Shown here: positions 24,987 to 37,812 of the stretch, one piece after another
Position numbering within the stretch: the first letter of the stretch is position 1
How the letters are laid out: each line of letters starts with the position of its first letter
Position numbers and translations under genes: made by a program
NCBI RefSeq assembly: GCF_001447785.1
Contig: NW_015169808.1
Span: 584,403-641,514 of the forward strand
Reading direction: 5' to 3'
Length of the DNA: 57,112 bases
DNA from: Gekko japonicus
Taxonomy: Eukaryota
Notes under the pieces: generated by a model
Seen by the model: the letters and a program-made list of their open reading frames with translations, nothing else
What the model was told of the DNA's origin: nothing
Database searches by the model: none

Positions 24987-25064
24987 AATAGTCCTTATTA
25001 GCGGCAGAAGATCCTTTTGTAGCATATTCTCAGTGCTGCCGTATCGGGACAGTAGCCACATTGG
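24987..25064 (+). CDS. CABLES1: CABLES1 coding exon (probably exon 4), 78 nt, IVLISGRRSFCSIFSVLPYRDSSHIG
   Basis: ctctag acceptor, GTATGT donor at 25065; peptide visible in ORF 24880..25095; phase 2-2. Confidence 0.94.
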
Positions 25065-26271
25065 GTATGTATATATATATTTTTTAGTTTTTTGAATGTA
25101 CATTGTGTGACACATGCACAGTTCAATTCCATAGTTGTCATTTTAACAAAACAATAGATTGATTTATTTAGAAGTTATTCATCTGTGATAAGTTATTTGT
25201 ATTGGCATATGGAGACCCCAAAGAACGCAATGAAACTTTTGTGTGTTCTCCAGCATTTGAGATCTGCGGTCTGCCTTATTGGACTGCAAGTGGCGTGTAG
25301 CCCTGCACTGTGGCTAGAAATAAATTACCTTTGAGATAATGAAAGTCCTGTTCTTATTAATTAATGGTTTTTGAGTAGAAGAAAATGCTTGATCAAAATT
25401 CACATTATCTGGGTTATCAAAACACAGGATAGGATTTAAAGATTCTTTGCATTCAACTCAGTGTGAAATCTAGCATAAAACATGGTTCAGAACAAAAAGC
25501 TAGGTACTTAGAACATGTGTGGACCTTCTGCGGAACCTAAATATTGCTTTTTTGGTCCCTCCTTTTTCAAATAATTCTTTAGATACTTATCCTATGGCCT
25601 ATTTTGCTGCTGGAGCACTTGAGATCAATGCTTATGCAGTAGTACCACAACTCAGAAGTAGCAGTAGCACAGGCATGTCCTTTGGTGGTGTAGCACTTAT
25701 ACTTCTCTGTCTCAACCCAGAAGGACTGTGGTAGTGCATATAGTGCCATTCAGTAGGGACGTGTGGATGGTAATGAGCAGTGTTCCATAGTAGCAGGAAA
25801 CAGTACCTGGACTCCATGACACTCTGGCAGTTCCTACACCTGCTCTCTTGGGGGGTTACCATGTGTTAGGAAGTATCTCTTAGGAAGCATGCTATAACCA
25901 GTGAGCTTATTCTTGCCCATCAGCCATGGGGTATTGCACTGCAACTGTTTCTGCATTATCCGCTGGGGTGCAGGTTGTGTAAAGCATAGGACCATTCATA
26001 TTTGGCCAGCAGTAGCCACTCCAGTAGGGTGGAGTGGCTGTTAGTCACCCTGAAATGTGTAGGGTGGAGTGGCTGTTAGTCACCCTGAAGCCTGTGGTTG
26101 TGCTCTGTGTATCCCTGACTTGCAGGTGGTTACACAAATATGACATCGTGCAGACACCATGGTGATATGCTATTGGCGTATTTGCAAGGTGCTTTACTAG
26201 TAGCAGCTGTTGAATAGGGAAGGTTGTACTACAGAGTAAGGACAGGGGGAACCAGTTGCAGTAGTCACAGC

Positions 26272-26455
26272 CAATGCTCCCTCTAAGCTGTGGAGTCTTG
26301 TGAGCAAAAATTCTCCTTTGTGAGCTACTGGCATCAAAGTTGTGAGCGAGCGATTTGGCTATTGCATAAATTGGTTTGCTCTGGAGTCATCCTTCCTGAG
26401 CTGAGGCAAAAATCTGTGAGCTAGCTCAGACTAACTCAGCTTAGAGGGAACAGTG
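26272..26455. mobile_element. hAT-type MITE with perfect 8-bp TSD
   Basis: TIRs caatgctccctctaagctg / cagcttagagggaacagtg; TSD gtcacagc at 26264-26271 / 26456-26463. Confidence 0.85.
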
Positions 26456-28315
26456 GTCACAGCCATAGTAAGTGCCCCCTTCCTTTGCTTACGTGAGGCG
26501 GTATTTGTGTCTTGAGGTGGTGTATCTTCAAGAGGTTGGGGCAGTGCAGCATTAGACATATGCTACAGCATTTATTCTGTCCCGTGCCTGTTGGTGCTCG
26601 TGTGTTGTGCAAAGTTCTTTTCTCCAGTCCCTAATGTCTCCCTTTGTGTGTTCTACATGTAGTCCCATGTTACACACTCATCTGAGTTATGGATGTGCTG
26701 GCATGGGGTTAAGTAGTGATCTGGAGAGCTGTGATTGGCTGCAGTCACAAGTGAATGAGCATACGGCTGCATCCACATGCATACATCTGTTTGATTGTAA
26801 GAAGCAGCCAACATGTGTTCACTTCAAAAATAATACTAGGATTCAGTACCTAGATAAATGCTAAGTTTAAATTGTGCATTCAGTTGTATGCACATTCAGT
26901 ATAACATAAGAATTACTTCATGCATGTATAAAGAAAAACCATGTGCACACTGTACACAGAAGCCCTGTATAGATGATCCACACATTCACTCAATGCATGA
27001 GGAGGTAGACATAAGCACGCTGGCTCTATTGCCGCACAATCGCTGAGTGGTGTGCATGGAGTTGAACACATGGAGGAAGCAACTGCTCATACACCCTCTC
27101 CCCATGATCAGCAACATTGCTTCTCCCCGGGAGGGGGTGTAAGTGCAGGTGCTTCCTTCGCACATTCCCTCCAGGCAGACCACTTAGTGTTCATGCAGAG
27201 GCAGGAGGGTGAGGCCAGCATGCTCATACCTGCTCTATCTCCCCATGCCGTGGGTGAACAAGTGGATGGATTATTTGCATAAATGTTCACTATAAGAGGT
27301 GTACAGGCTTATAGTCAGTATCCTGTGCTTTGCCAGAGTTTGGTGGCGTGATCGGTGACAGGGAGAAGAGCTTATATTTTCACACTTCAGGTGCTGTTTG
27401 GCAGTTTTAAAAGCTAAGGCAGCTTTGTCTCCAGTACAGTGTTGTGCTGAGGCAAGATGCAGGCTGGGTAGGTTTAGGATGCCAGCTAAGTTCCACTACA
27501 CTCTCAAGGCACCCCTGACATTGCCAATTTCTAACCCAACTCTGGGTTGGCAGCATGACTTGGCATATCTTCTACTTACACCAGTGTAGAGTTTAGTTAC
27601 CATTCTAAGCTGTTCAGAGGCCAGCTTAAGATAGTGTGTCAGAAGATTCCAGGTCATTCCTAAAGAGCTGCCATGAAGGGACAGACATGTATATGACCTT
27701 CTCTGTTGCTGTCACTGTTTCAGCAGAGGGTAAGAAGAAGCTTTATACCCCCCCCCCCCCAAGAATCTTAGCAGCTTTGTGGGGAGGTTTGCAGTCATAG
27801 AGTATTTCCTCCATAAGAATGTATTTCTAAGCCTCACAAGTGAATTCTGTGGCCCTTTGGCTGTATTGAGTACTTTTTGTGTGAAAAATTAAAGATGAAC
27901 ATTACATCCTTGGTTTTTCCATTCTGGGATTTCAGCACTGACATAAATGACATTAGTACTACATGCAAATACTGTATTATATGCCACAGCTGCATTCAAG
28001 AAGCTCTAAATTACTCTTCATGTGAAATTATTGTGCAGAGACATAGTAAGGTCTAGGTAATTGGGAGATGTTGATAACCAAGGTTTGTATAATAATGGTT
28101 TTCTTGAATGGAATGCTGAATGTGTTTAATGAGAAACAATTCAATGCAGGTGTAAGGAAATATGCTGTAATCAGTCAAAGAGATTTCCTTGCTCGACTTT
28201 TGCCTTCAAAATACAAAAGTACAATGGTACAGCAGTGTTCTCTTGTACAGATATAATTTAGCAGTGTTGTGTCGCCCCCCCGCCAACTCCCTAAACTTTG
28301 TTGATCCTATGATAT

Positions 28316-28537
28316 GTTGTTCAGTTGCACAGTCGAGTCCGACTCTTTGCGACCCCATGGACCGCATCATGCCAGGCCCTCCTGTCTTCTGCCATCCTCT
28401 GGAGTTTGCTTAATTTCATGCTCATTACATCGATGACACTGTCTAACCATCTCATCTTTTGCTGTCCCCTTCTTCTTTTACCTTCAATCTTTCCCAGCAT
28501 CAGAGTCTTCTCCAGTGAGTCCTCCCTTCTCATTTGG
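28316..28537 (-). mobile_element. BovB 3' fragment
   Basis: ORF 28321..28533 MRREDSLEKTLMLGKIEGKRRRGQQKMRWLDSV...VHGVAKSRTRL. Confidence 0.9.
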
Positions 28538-29747
28538 TGTATGAGGTTAAAAATAAATAACCAAGAGTAGAACTCAGTATTGTCCTGGCTTCTTCAAAGA
28601 TTATGAAACCAAATTCTTACTACACATTACTAGTGTTTTATGACAAATGCATTAATTAACATTCCCATTTTGGTAAGAGAAGATGAACTGAAGTTCATAT
28701 GGGTTAGGTCTTGTCAGCATGAGTTGAGTGATGGCATGTCTAGGGAAGAAACCATGCTCAAATTATAATAATTACTCAAATGTTTCATAGCCTTTGGTTG
28801 GCTCCTACCAGCTTTTCTGCAAGTAGAAGAGGGTGGAGGGCCCTGTTTTTGACCACTGAAAAGATTATGCTGGAGACTGTGGGACTGCATAGGCCAAAGG
28901 CAAGGTGTGGGGGAATGGAGCTGCAGAGAGGGAAGGAGTTGAGTGAGATTAAGCAGAGATGTTAGTGTAATCAAACCTTTTGGAAGTGACAGATGTGTGT
29001 CACAGGCCGCTAAAACTCCATTACTGCATTAGTTAGCCAACTACTGCCTTGCAAGATTAGCAGTGACAGTGACATCCTCAGCAATCTGTTTTAAGTCCAT
29101 TGGAAGTCGGTGGGTTCAAAAGGGTATATCTCTGCTTAGGCTTGCACTGCAAGAGGTTTTTTTTGCATGAAATATGAAATAGGGGATACTTTTCTGATTA
29201 ATCCTCATCAGTCCTCTCGTATGATGTCAGAGCACTTGATTTATAAATAGCATTGGGTTTTGAGGCTTCTGTCACTGTGAGGAGGTTTTGCTTTCTATTT
29301 TGTTTTTAACTCTGGTTAATATTTAATTGTCTCTTAAATTATTCACATGGTGAAGAGTTCAGCTGTTGCCACTTAAAGAGTGAATGCCCAGCAAGACTCC
29401 CGCATGAGTTTTCATTATAGATCTGCATCTGCATTTAAGTAATTGAATAAATGTGCTTCTCTTGAAATAATTATGCAAATCAGTGTTTGATTAAGGGTCT
29501 TTTGGTTTTTGTTTGTTATCTGAATGGCAGTACAGATCTGTATATTTTAGGGTTAACCAGATTAACAAAATTTTCATCTGTAAATTTTTAACAAAACACT
29601 AAATAGGAATCTTCTGTTTCAAGAAAAACAAAATTAACACCATTATTTCATGGAGCATAGTCTACATATCATATTCCTTTATGGCCAACATGATAAAAGA
29701 GCTCCCTCAAAACTATAGGATATTTTTGTGGTGCTGATCAGATTATA

Positions 29748-30030
29748 AGAAGAAGAAGAGAAGAGATTGGATTTATACCCCGCCCTTCACTACCCAAAGG
29801 TGTCTCAGAGCGGCTTACAAACTCCTTTCCCTTCCCCTCCCCACAACAGACACCCTGTGAGGTGGGTGGGGCTGAGAGAACTCTGACACAAACTGCTCTT
29901 TTTCAAGGACAGCTGTGCCAGAGCTTGTGACTTGACCCAAGGTCACATCAGCAGGTGCACGTGGAGAAGTGGGGAATCAAACCCGGTTCTCCCAGATTAG
30001 AGTCCGCACACTTAACCACTACACCAAACT
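29748..30030 (-). mobile_element. tRNA-derived SINE (Squam3-like), full length
   Basis: Reverse complement of the 24640/32006-type element. Confidence 0.85.
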
Positions 30031-31479
30031 TCTTAACATTCATACAACAAACAAGTAAGAGAGCTTATAAAATCTTTGTATTTGCAATTGAAGCATATTG
30101 AATATTTTAATTGTATTCTACTGACACCAGTGAAAATTCAATATAATAGGGTAGATCCTCATCCACTGTTTTTCCCTTGACCATTACTTGTACTGAAGCT
30201 TTACTTTCAGCAAAATAGGAACAGCACAGCAGCACTTGTTACAGGCAGATAAACATTTGGTGAAATGTCTACAGTTTAGCCATTCTAATTCTTCTCTTTG
30301 CCTAAATTACATAAATGCAGCTATGATGTGCTGTTATGGCTATTTGCCTGAGAAATTATGCATTACTGTTAAGAAATCTTATTTTTCTTGTCAAGCAGTG
30401 GTTATTTATGCATTACAGGTCTCTCTTTTATCACGGTGTAAGAAAGGACGTATTCATTAGTTGGAACTTGCTCACTTCAGAAAATAATTACGATCTTCCT
30501 GTTGAGCAGATGTTGAATTCCCTTTAAAATATGATAATTAGTGAAGATAAGCCTGTTGTGTCACAGATTCACAGAAATGTCCATCAAGGCAGAGCAAACA
30601 TCCATTAATTTAAAAAATCCTGAGAATTAAAAAATAAAACTGGCATCTTTATAACAGGAATGTATGTTTTGAACAGGATTAAAATAAACATCAGTGCAGT
30701 AGCACTGTCCCATAATAAACCAAAAATTAAGTGAAATATAATTTCTAAATGATGTAAGCGCCAGCAATTGTGTTAAAAGCTTACCCATTTTGTACCTACT
30801 CCACAGAACCATCAATTTGTGTTATTTTCTAGAAGCCACCTCTGAGGAAAATACATCTGTGGTAAAGCAAGCCCTTTCCAGTTCAGTACTTCTGTTGTAT
30901 TTTCACATGTAGCCTTGACCTAGTTTAAATTGACAGTGTTGTTTTTCTACAGTATATTTAAAATCTTGCAACATTTTACATGATTTTGTAAAAAAAAAAA
31001 ACACCTGTAGTGTGTTCTAGGGATGTAAAGTTTGAAAAACCAGAAGAAATCAGGAGGAAAACACAGTAAAAAAAAATCCATGTAAATATTGGAAATCTGC
31101 ATAGCTCTGACAAAAACTTCAATAAAATATTTTTGTTTTTGGAATGAGGGAAATGCTTTTTATTAAAATCAGATTCTACTCACTCGGAATGTATACTACA
31201 AAGATTTTTTCGAAAGCAGTCTTCAGTATTAGAGAATGATCATTGTGTGTACACTTGTAGAAATATACAACCTGTTTTTAAGGATGTTCTATTGTTTAAA
31301 TGTGACTAATTTTTAAACTCTGTATCCAAATATAAATCTAGTTCTATGAGACTCTTTCTATCCAAATAATACTTTTGTTTGTGTAGTACAGAATTCATAA
31401 TTCTGTTTTCAACTTTTGGTTTTTCTACCACTCAGATGGCAAAAAATAAGTTACATGTGCTAATAGCATGGGATGCAGC

Positions 31480-31574
31480 TAGGGTTGCCAAATCTTGAAA
31501 ACGGACCAGCGGGGGAGCGTCCGCCTCCGGGGCCGGGGAGGAATTCCGCCGTACCGGGGGGGTTGGCAGCCCTA
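31480..31574. mobile_element. 95-bp CpG-rich hAT MITE with perfect 8-bp TSD
   Basis: tagggttgcca...tggcagcccta; TSD gatgcagc at 31472-31479 / 31575-31582. Confidence 0.85.
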
Positions 31575-32005
31575 GATGCAGCACAGAATCCGCCCTCCCA
31601 TCTCATATTGGGTATGTTTGCCATTTTGCTGGTGGAAAAACAAGGTATCTATATGGCAAATTGTGTAATATATGCTACAAATTAAATATTGCATTTTGTG
31701 TTGTGAAAACAGTAAAGTACATTTAGGTTTGATTTTAAAAAGGAAGGCTTCCATCTTACTTAAAATTGCCCCCCCCCCGGGGGGGGGTGATTTTCACTGT
31801 CTGATGTTTTCCTTTGGCAGTGTAAACCCCCCCCCCCAAATGCTGCTTCTGATGGGAGATCCCTAGGAATCACTTGCAGAAACCAACATTTACTCCTCCT
31901 TGTGCCCATGGAAAATCTAGGCTGGATCCAAGCTGTACTTTGCATATATTTTCCTCATAACAATGTCAGTGTAAGATTTTCACAAAAGTTTTTTCACAAA
32001 TTTTC

Positions 32006-32262
32006 AGAGAGCCAGTTTGGTGTAGTGGTTAAATGTGCAGACTCTAATCTGGGAGCACCGGGTTTGATTCCCCACTCCTCCACTTGCACCTGGCTGGATG
32101 ACCTTGGGCAAGCTGTAGTTCTGATGGTGCAGTTTCTGTCAGAGCTTTCTCAGCCCCACCTACCTCTGTTGTGGGGAGGGGAAGGGAAAAGGAATCTGTA
32201 AGCCGCTCTGAGACACCTTTGGGTAGTGTAGGGTGAGGTATAAATCCAATCTCTTCTTCTTC
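32006..32262 (+). mobile_element. tRNA-derived SINE (Squam3-like)
   Basis: agagccagtttggtgtagtggtt head; ataaatccaatctcttcttct tail. Confidence 0.85.
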
Positions 32263-32624
32263 TACTTTATCTAAATTTTCTAAAATACACATTTGCTTCA
32301 AGCAAAAATTATTATTTCTAGGCCTCTTCTAAACACAGAAGGATGCATTAAACCAATATTTGTATATTTAATCAAGAGAACACATTTTTCGGGTTTAGCA
32401 TGACATGTGATGAAGTGAGATCTGATGTCACAAAAGCTTGTGTTGGAATAATTTTGTTAGTTTTTAAAGTACTACAGGGTTTCTATTTTATTATTCAGGG
32501 TGTTTTTCTGTATGCATGGGAATCCTCATTTTAGTGGAGGGAGGCATATTCATGTTGTAAGTTTGAAGCACATGGGAAACCTTAGTGAAGTAGAGGAAAC
32601 CCATGAATGCACTGGAGTTCCTGC

Positions 32625-32854
32625 TAGGGATGCCAACCTCCAGGTGGGACCTGGAGATCCCCCAGAATTACAGCTCATCTCCAGACTATAGAGATCAGTT
32701 CCCCTGGAGAAAATGGATGCTTTGGAGGGTGGACTCTATGGCATTGTACTCCACTGAGGTCCCTGTCCTCCCCAGGCTCCATCTCCAAATACCCAGAATT
32801 TTTGCCAACCCTAACCCCCACCCCCATCTCCTGCCAGTGGACTTGGCAGCCCTA
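32625..32854 (-). mobile_element. hAT MITE with perfect 8-bp TSD
   Basis: tagggatgcca...tggcagcccta; TSD gttcctgc at 32617-32624 / 32855-32862. Confidence 0.85.
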
Positions 32855-33454
32855 GTTCCTGCACTTCCTTTAAAAAACCTCTGGATCAGGTGAAGGGCAT
32901 ACAGTGTTACTTCGCAAACAGAATTTTGGAGGCTCAAGGAAGAATGTTTACTTTGGAGAGTGAAATTAAATCACTAATGTTTTCTAAGGATAATAGTATG
33001 GCGAAATGCATATTTCAATTGTATTTATTGTATCAAATCTTTACACTGTATCAATGTACAAATCATAATTTTCTTAATCCGTGAACACCAGATTATACTT
33101 TTAAAAGTTTGATATAGGTTTGAAGGTCATGAAAATTAGAACCTAAATTAGTCCTAATTTCTAAACATTCTGTGTTGGGTGGCCTTGTTGCATTCTTCAC
33201 CTTCCTTTTTTATTGTATGTGCATGTGTGTGTGTGTGAAGATGCAAATATATTACATTATGTATAATCATGTATAGTTTACTGGCACTGAAATGATAGCC
33301 CTTAATCTTCAGGTTTGTTTGTAATCTTCAGTATTTTTCCAAAGAGACCCTCTCTGCATAATGAATTATTTTCTTCTTTGTGTTCAAGGGAGGGGACAGA
33401 GTAGTCCATGCTGTTGCATGATCTAATTCAAAACGTATCAACCTTGCTTCTTAG

Positions 33455-33557
33455 GGATATGAAAACAGAAGGTGGAAGACAGTGCTATTCTACTGCGGGG
33501 GTTTGTTTGAAAGATATAGTTGGCCTGGAAGGTGTGGAATTAGGAGCAAATGGGAAG
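33455..33557 (+). CDS. CABLES1: CABLES1 coding exon (probably exon 5), 103 nt, DMKTEGGRQCYSTAGVCLKDIVGLEGVELGANGK
   Basis: cttag acceptor, GTAAGA donor at 33558; GLEGVELG.xGK motif; phase 2-0. Confidence 0.93.
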
Positions 33558-33760
33558 GTAAGAGGCTTATCCTACCAAAGTAAAACCTCCTCAGCCAAAT
33601 TTAACATACTCACATTAGGGAAGGAGCTCAGGGAAAAGTAAAATGACAATTAATATTCTCCAAATCTTTTAGGAAACAATGGCTTTTAAAACAAATTTAG
33701 AACACAGCTCATAAAATATGTTTACATGGGTCCCTTCTGAATAACGTTGTTCTTTCCTAG

Positions 33761-33917
33761 ACTGTTTCTTACACCCAGTTTCTGTTTCCAACAAATGCCC
33801 TGGGAGCACGGAGAAACACAATAGACTCCACCACATCTTTCTCACAGTTTCGCAATGCAAGCCATCGTAGCCTTTCTTTGGGAAGGGCGAACAGCACTCA
33901 AGGAAGCATTGATGCAG
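33761..33917 (+). CDS. CABLES1: CABLES1 coding exon (probably exon 6), 157 nt, TVSYTQFLFPTNALGARRNTIDSTTSFSQFRNASHRSLSLGRANSTQGSIDA
   Basis: tctttcctag acceptor, GTAATA donor at 33918; phase 0-1. Confidence 0.94.
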
Positions 33918-34670
33918 GTAATACTTCAGAATGTGCACGAATGAAACTTTGGACTAACTATCCCTTTGTGGGAGTGACACAGTGAAGACACCTTTGCATA
34001 CATCCCACAAACCTCCATCCATCTTTTCCCTAGCACACGAGATCTAGCTAGACCCAACAGTTTCTTACTATCCCACGTCATATTAATGTAAGCTGTTGCT
34101 TGCAACTGCTTATGGCCAGAGGTGCAGAGCACCCTGGAATTGTTGCAGCTGTACCAAACAATAGCAAACAATGCCAGCTCTTTTTGCATGATCTGCAGTG
34201 CCTCCAAGCCCATTCACACCTGTACCTTTCTCACTAGATCCTGCACGTATTGTTTTGTCTCCAGTAAAGCCACTTGCAATGTACTTCTTGTTTTAAAAGA
34301 ATTACACCAACTGCCATGTTATTTCCTAGTACAGCTGCTTTGAACTTCATAAATTACTTTATGATAATTCAGGTAGGAACCGTGCTGTCCTCTCCCATCT
34401 GCATCTTCTTGCTAGTTTTATTAAATTAAATTAAATACTTGCTTGGGGGGGGGGGTTGCTTCAGTACTTGACGCGACCTCACCCATTGCTAAATTGCCAC
34501 TGAAAACCACATCACTGTTCACATGCAGCCTCCACCTTCTGTCTCAGATATACACTTCTAGTGTGGAATGCACAGGAAAAGCCTGTGTTAATTAAACTGT
34601 AGGCTTTACTGCTGTAACTGGGTCTCATCTACTACCATATATGTTTAGTTATTTGCTTTGGTTGTTATAG

Positions 34671-34774
34671 GGAGTGACCTTGGAGATTATATTGAATACG
34701 ACCCTAATCTTTTAGATGATCCTCAGTGGCCATGTGGGAAGCACAAGCGGGTATTAATATTCCCTTCATATATG
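34671..34774 (+). CDS. CABLES1: CABLES1 coding exon (probably exon 7), 104 nt, SDLGDYIEYDPNLLDDPQWPCGKHKRVLIFPSYM
   Basis: gttatag acceptor, GTAAGT donor at 34775; conserved YDPNLLDDPQWPCGKHKRVL motif; phase 1-0. Confidence 0.96.
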
Positions 34775-34880
34775 GTAAGTAATATTTGATTGTAGTAGTA
34801 AAAGATTGAATTTCAGCCATAGGCTGTTTATAACTTTGAAGTCATATTTGGTCTGTTTTACATATATTTTACATATGTGT

Positions 34881-35216
34881 AGGAGCTGCAGTGGCTCAAG
34901 TGGGTAAGACGCTGAACTGCAGGCTGTGGAAGGTCGGTAGTTCAGCAGTTCGAGACCCGAGTGTGCCGCATGACGGAGTGAGCTCCCGTCTCTAGTTCCA
35001 GCTCCTGCCAACCTAGCAGTTCAAAAGCAAGAAATTGCAAGTAGATAAATAGGTACCACTTCGGTGGGAAGGTAACAGCGTTCCGTGCGCCTTGGTGTTT
35101 AGTCATGTCTTCGGACAGCGCTGGCTCTTCGGCTTTGAAACGGAGATGAGCACCGCAACCCTAGAGTCGGATTCAGCTGGCTTTCGAGCAAGGGAACCTT
35201 TACCTTTTACCTTTAC
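34881..35216 (+). mobile_element. Sauria SINE
   Basis: tRNA-like head, core gccaacctagcagttc...gtagataaataggtacc, (ACCTTT)n tail. Confidence 0.9.
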
Positions 35217-37694
35217 ATATATTTGTATTGAAAACAACCAATCAGAATCTTGTGTTTTAAATTACAGGGTTTGCCTTTTGGAAATGTAAAAGTAAACCAG
35301 TGTGGATCAATGGAAGCATAAATGCCTTTAATGCTGTTTTTTGTTTGTTTGTTTTTGTTTCCTCTAGACATCAGATGAGAAGGTTGTCATTTACTGCTTT
35401 ATTATTTTTCTCCTCCTCTTCATTCTGCTGCTTGTATCCCACTTCAGCCTGGTGGCTGAGAGAATGAGCTCCAGTTCAAATCTCACTCCTGTCTTCTGCA
35501 AGAAGACAGTCTCTTTTAGCCGCAGCCTTCCATCTGCGATACTGGCAGAACAATACTTGCTCTGATTTTCTCTATATCTTAGAGATGCTTCAGAAGATCT
35601 CTCTGCTGGCTGGTGCAAGCTCACTTCTCTTCCTGCATGGCAAGTGTCATGTGGAATGAGAAGTCTCATAGAAGATAGTTAGAGCAGCAGCTTCTGTGAC
35701 CAGAAATGTCCCCATGCGCATCATGCTTCTTACATGGAAGTTCCACTGTGTCTTCCATAGCTAATAGGGAGGGCTGATTCAAATAGCATCCCAGTGGTAT
35801 GCTTGCTTCCAGTAAGCCAAATCATATGACTGCTTCTATAATTGTTTCCCCAAACAGATAAAATATTGTAAGTGTAGTAATAATAATAATAATAATGCAA
35901 TGCTGTCCTTACTAGGATGGGAGAAATGCTGCTGTAGAATGTAGGAGACAGGACAGCATTGCCATCATCGTCCTTGTGACTTTTTGATGTACAAATTAGA
36001 CTCCACGTACATCAAGAGGGCAGACGTATGAGTAAACAAAGGTGGCTGCTGCTTTCGTGATGTCTAATCTGACCCCCAAAGAGACTGAATACAGTAGCTG
36101 ACTGGACTGAACGGAATACAGCTTTAATTACTGTATTTCACAAGTGGGCAGAGCTGAGAGTGGCCCTTGTGTCGGCATGGAACATTTTGTTCTCTGTGTG
36201 TTGAGCTCCGGCTTGTAATTAAACTTTCATTAGTTGGCAGGCTTTTGTCATTAGAGCTTGGCAGCTGCAGTCTTGTAGAAATTATTTTCCCTTATGGGTG
36301 TGGACAGAAATCAAGTGAAAAGGGCATGTGGGGTGGGGGGGGTAGGGATGCACAAAAGAGGAATAAAATGTACGGGGTAATTGGAACAAGCGGCTGTGTA
36401 AACCCATTTTTCTCCATTGTGTTCAGAACATAGCAGCAGTGAACTGTTGTTTTTGTTCTAGCCTTCTGATTAGGACCTTGATGGCAGAATAGGGGCAAGA
36501 CTGACCAAATGGGGACTGCATAATGTGGTTTAAGAGAAAAGAGGTACTGGTAAATCGGTTGTGGCTTTGTTATTTTGTTGGTAATTGATTGGCTTAAATA
36601 TATACATTTGGGTGATAATCGTCAAGACCACCAAGAAAGCAAAATTCGTACCTGGGAGTGGGCCTAGGGTCAGATGCGACCAACTTTCCCTCTGGTAAAA
36701 AAGGGAGGGGGCAGCATTGTAAATCGCCCAGAGAATGGGCGACTCAGAAATGTAATAAATAATAATAATAATAATTGCCCAGTTTCCTTCCTCTGAGCCG
36801 AGTTTCCTTCCCCTTGTGGCTTTTGGCCTGTATGTTCCCACGTTTGTCAAGCATAACTTTTTGGGGTGTTAGAAGGGGGCCTTTCTTCCCTCTTGCACTA
36901 GTGATAGGATCCAACTGATGGAGTATACTATACCAGAAATACTAAGGATGCCTTTCAGTCTGAAATTTGTTTTTTGTGAATGTGCTTATAAGAGAAGAGA
37001 GGGAACTGCATAAAACATTTGAACAGCGGGTATATTTTCCAGTTACTGTCCTATTAGAAAGTGCACATTGTATATTTTCCTGAAGTTTGTAGTCTCTGAT
37101 GTCTTTGAGGAAACCTCAAAGGCATTTACAAAAAAAGGGCAGGACAAGCCCCTCCCATCCCTACTCGCTATCTTCTTGGTCGTGTGCTTTGTTTCGATGG
37201 ATAGTTCAGTATTCTGCTCCATCTGGTTGCTGACCAGTATCCTAATGTTGTTATCTCTGTGCAAGACTACTCATCCTATCAGCGTGTGACACGGAAAATA
37301 CAGTATAACATTTTACAATCTGGCCATAATGTTGAACAAAGGAGAGAGCGTGTGATTGGACTGTACCATGCAATGGCTTTTGAAAAGCTACATACTCCTG
37401 GGTACTGATGCAGCCAAATATAATGCCAGTATCACGGAGCTTCTCTTTTGAGAGGCTGACATGTTCTTTAAAAAGTGATGATAAGTTTAATTAATCATTT
37501 TAAATTTAATCAGTCATTTCATTCATTTAGGCACAGCTCTATTGAGGAATTGTGCATTGTATGGTTTAGAATTACATAAAAAGGAGTGTAGAAAAGGAAA
37601 GTCAGATTAGTCTAATCAAATATTTGCAGTTTTTAAAACTAATTCTGTGGCTTTGAACAACATTCATCCTGAGCTGCTCTTGACTTCAAGTTAT

Positions 37695-37812
37695 TGGTTG
37701 TTTCTGTCATTTATTTGTTGTTTCTATCATTTATGTTTCCTTGTGTTGTTTCTATCATTTATTTGTTGTTTCTATCTTTTTTTGTTTGTTGTTTCTATCA
37801 TTTATGTTTCCT
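37695..37812. repeat. Degenerate minisatellite (ttgtttctatcatttat)n
   Basis: Five to six imperfect units read directly. Confidence 0.7.

Noticed and set aside
26025-26090. CRISPR-like repeat (tagggtggagtggctgttagtcaccctgaa x2; also tggtacactaaagtaccagtcc x2 at ~53972-54020)
   Set aside because: Only two adjacent units with 4-5-nt spacers in a vertebrate intron and no cas genes; simple local duplications
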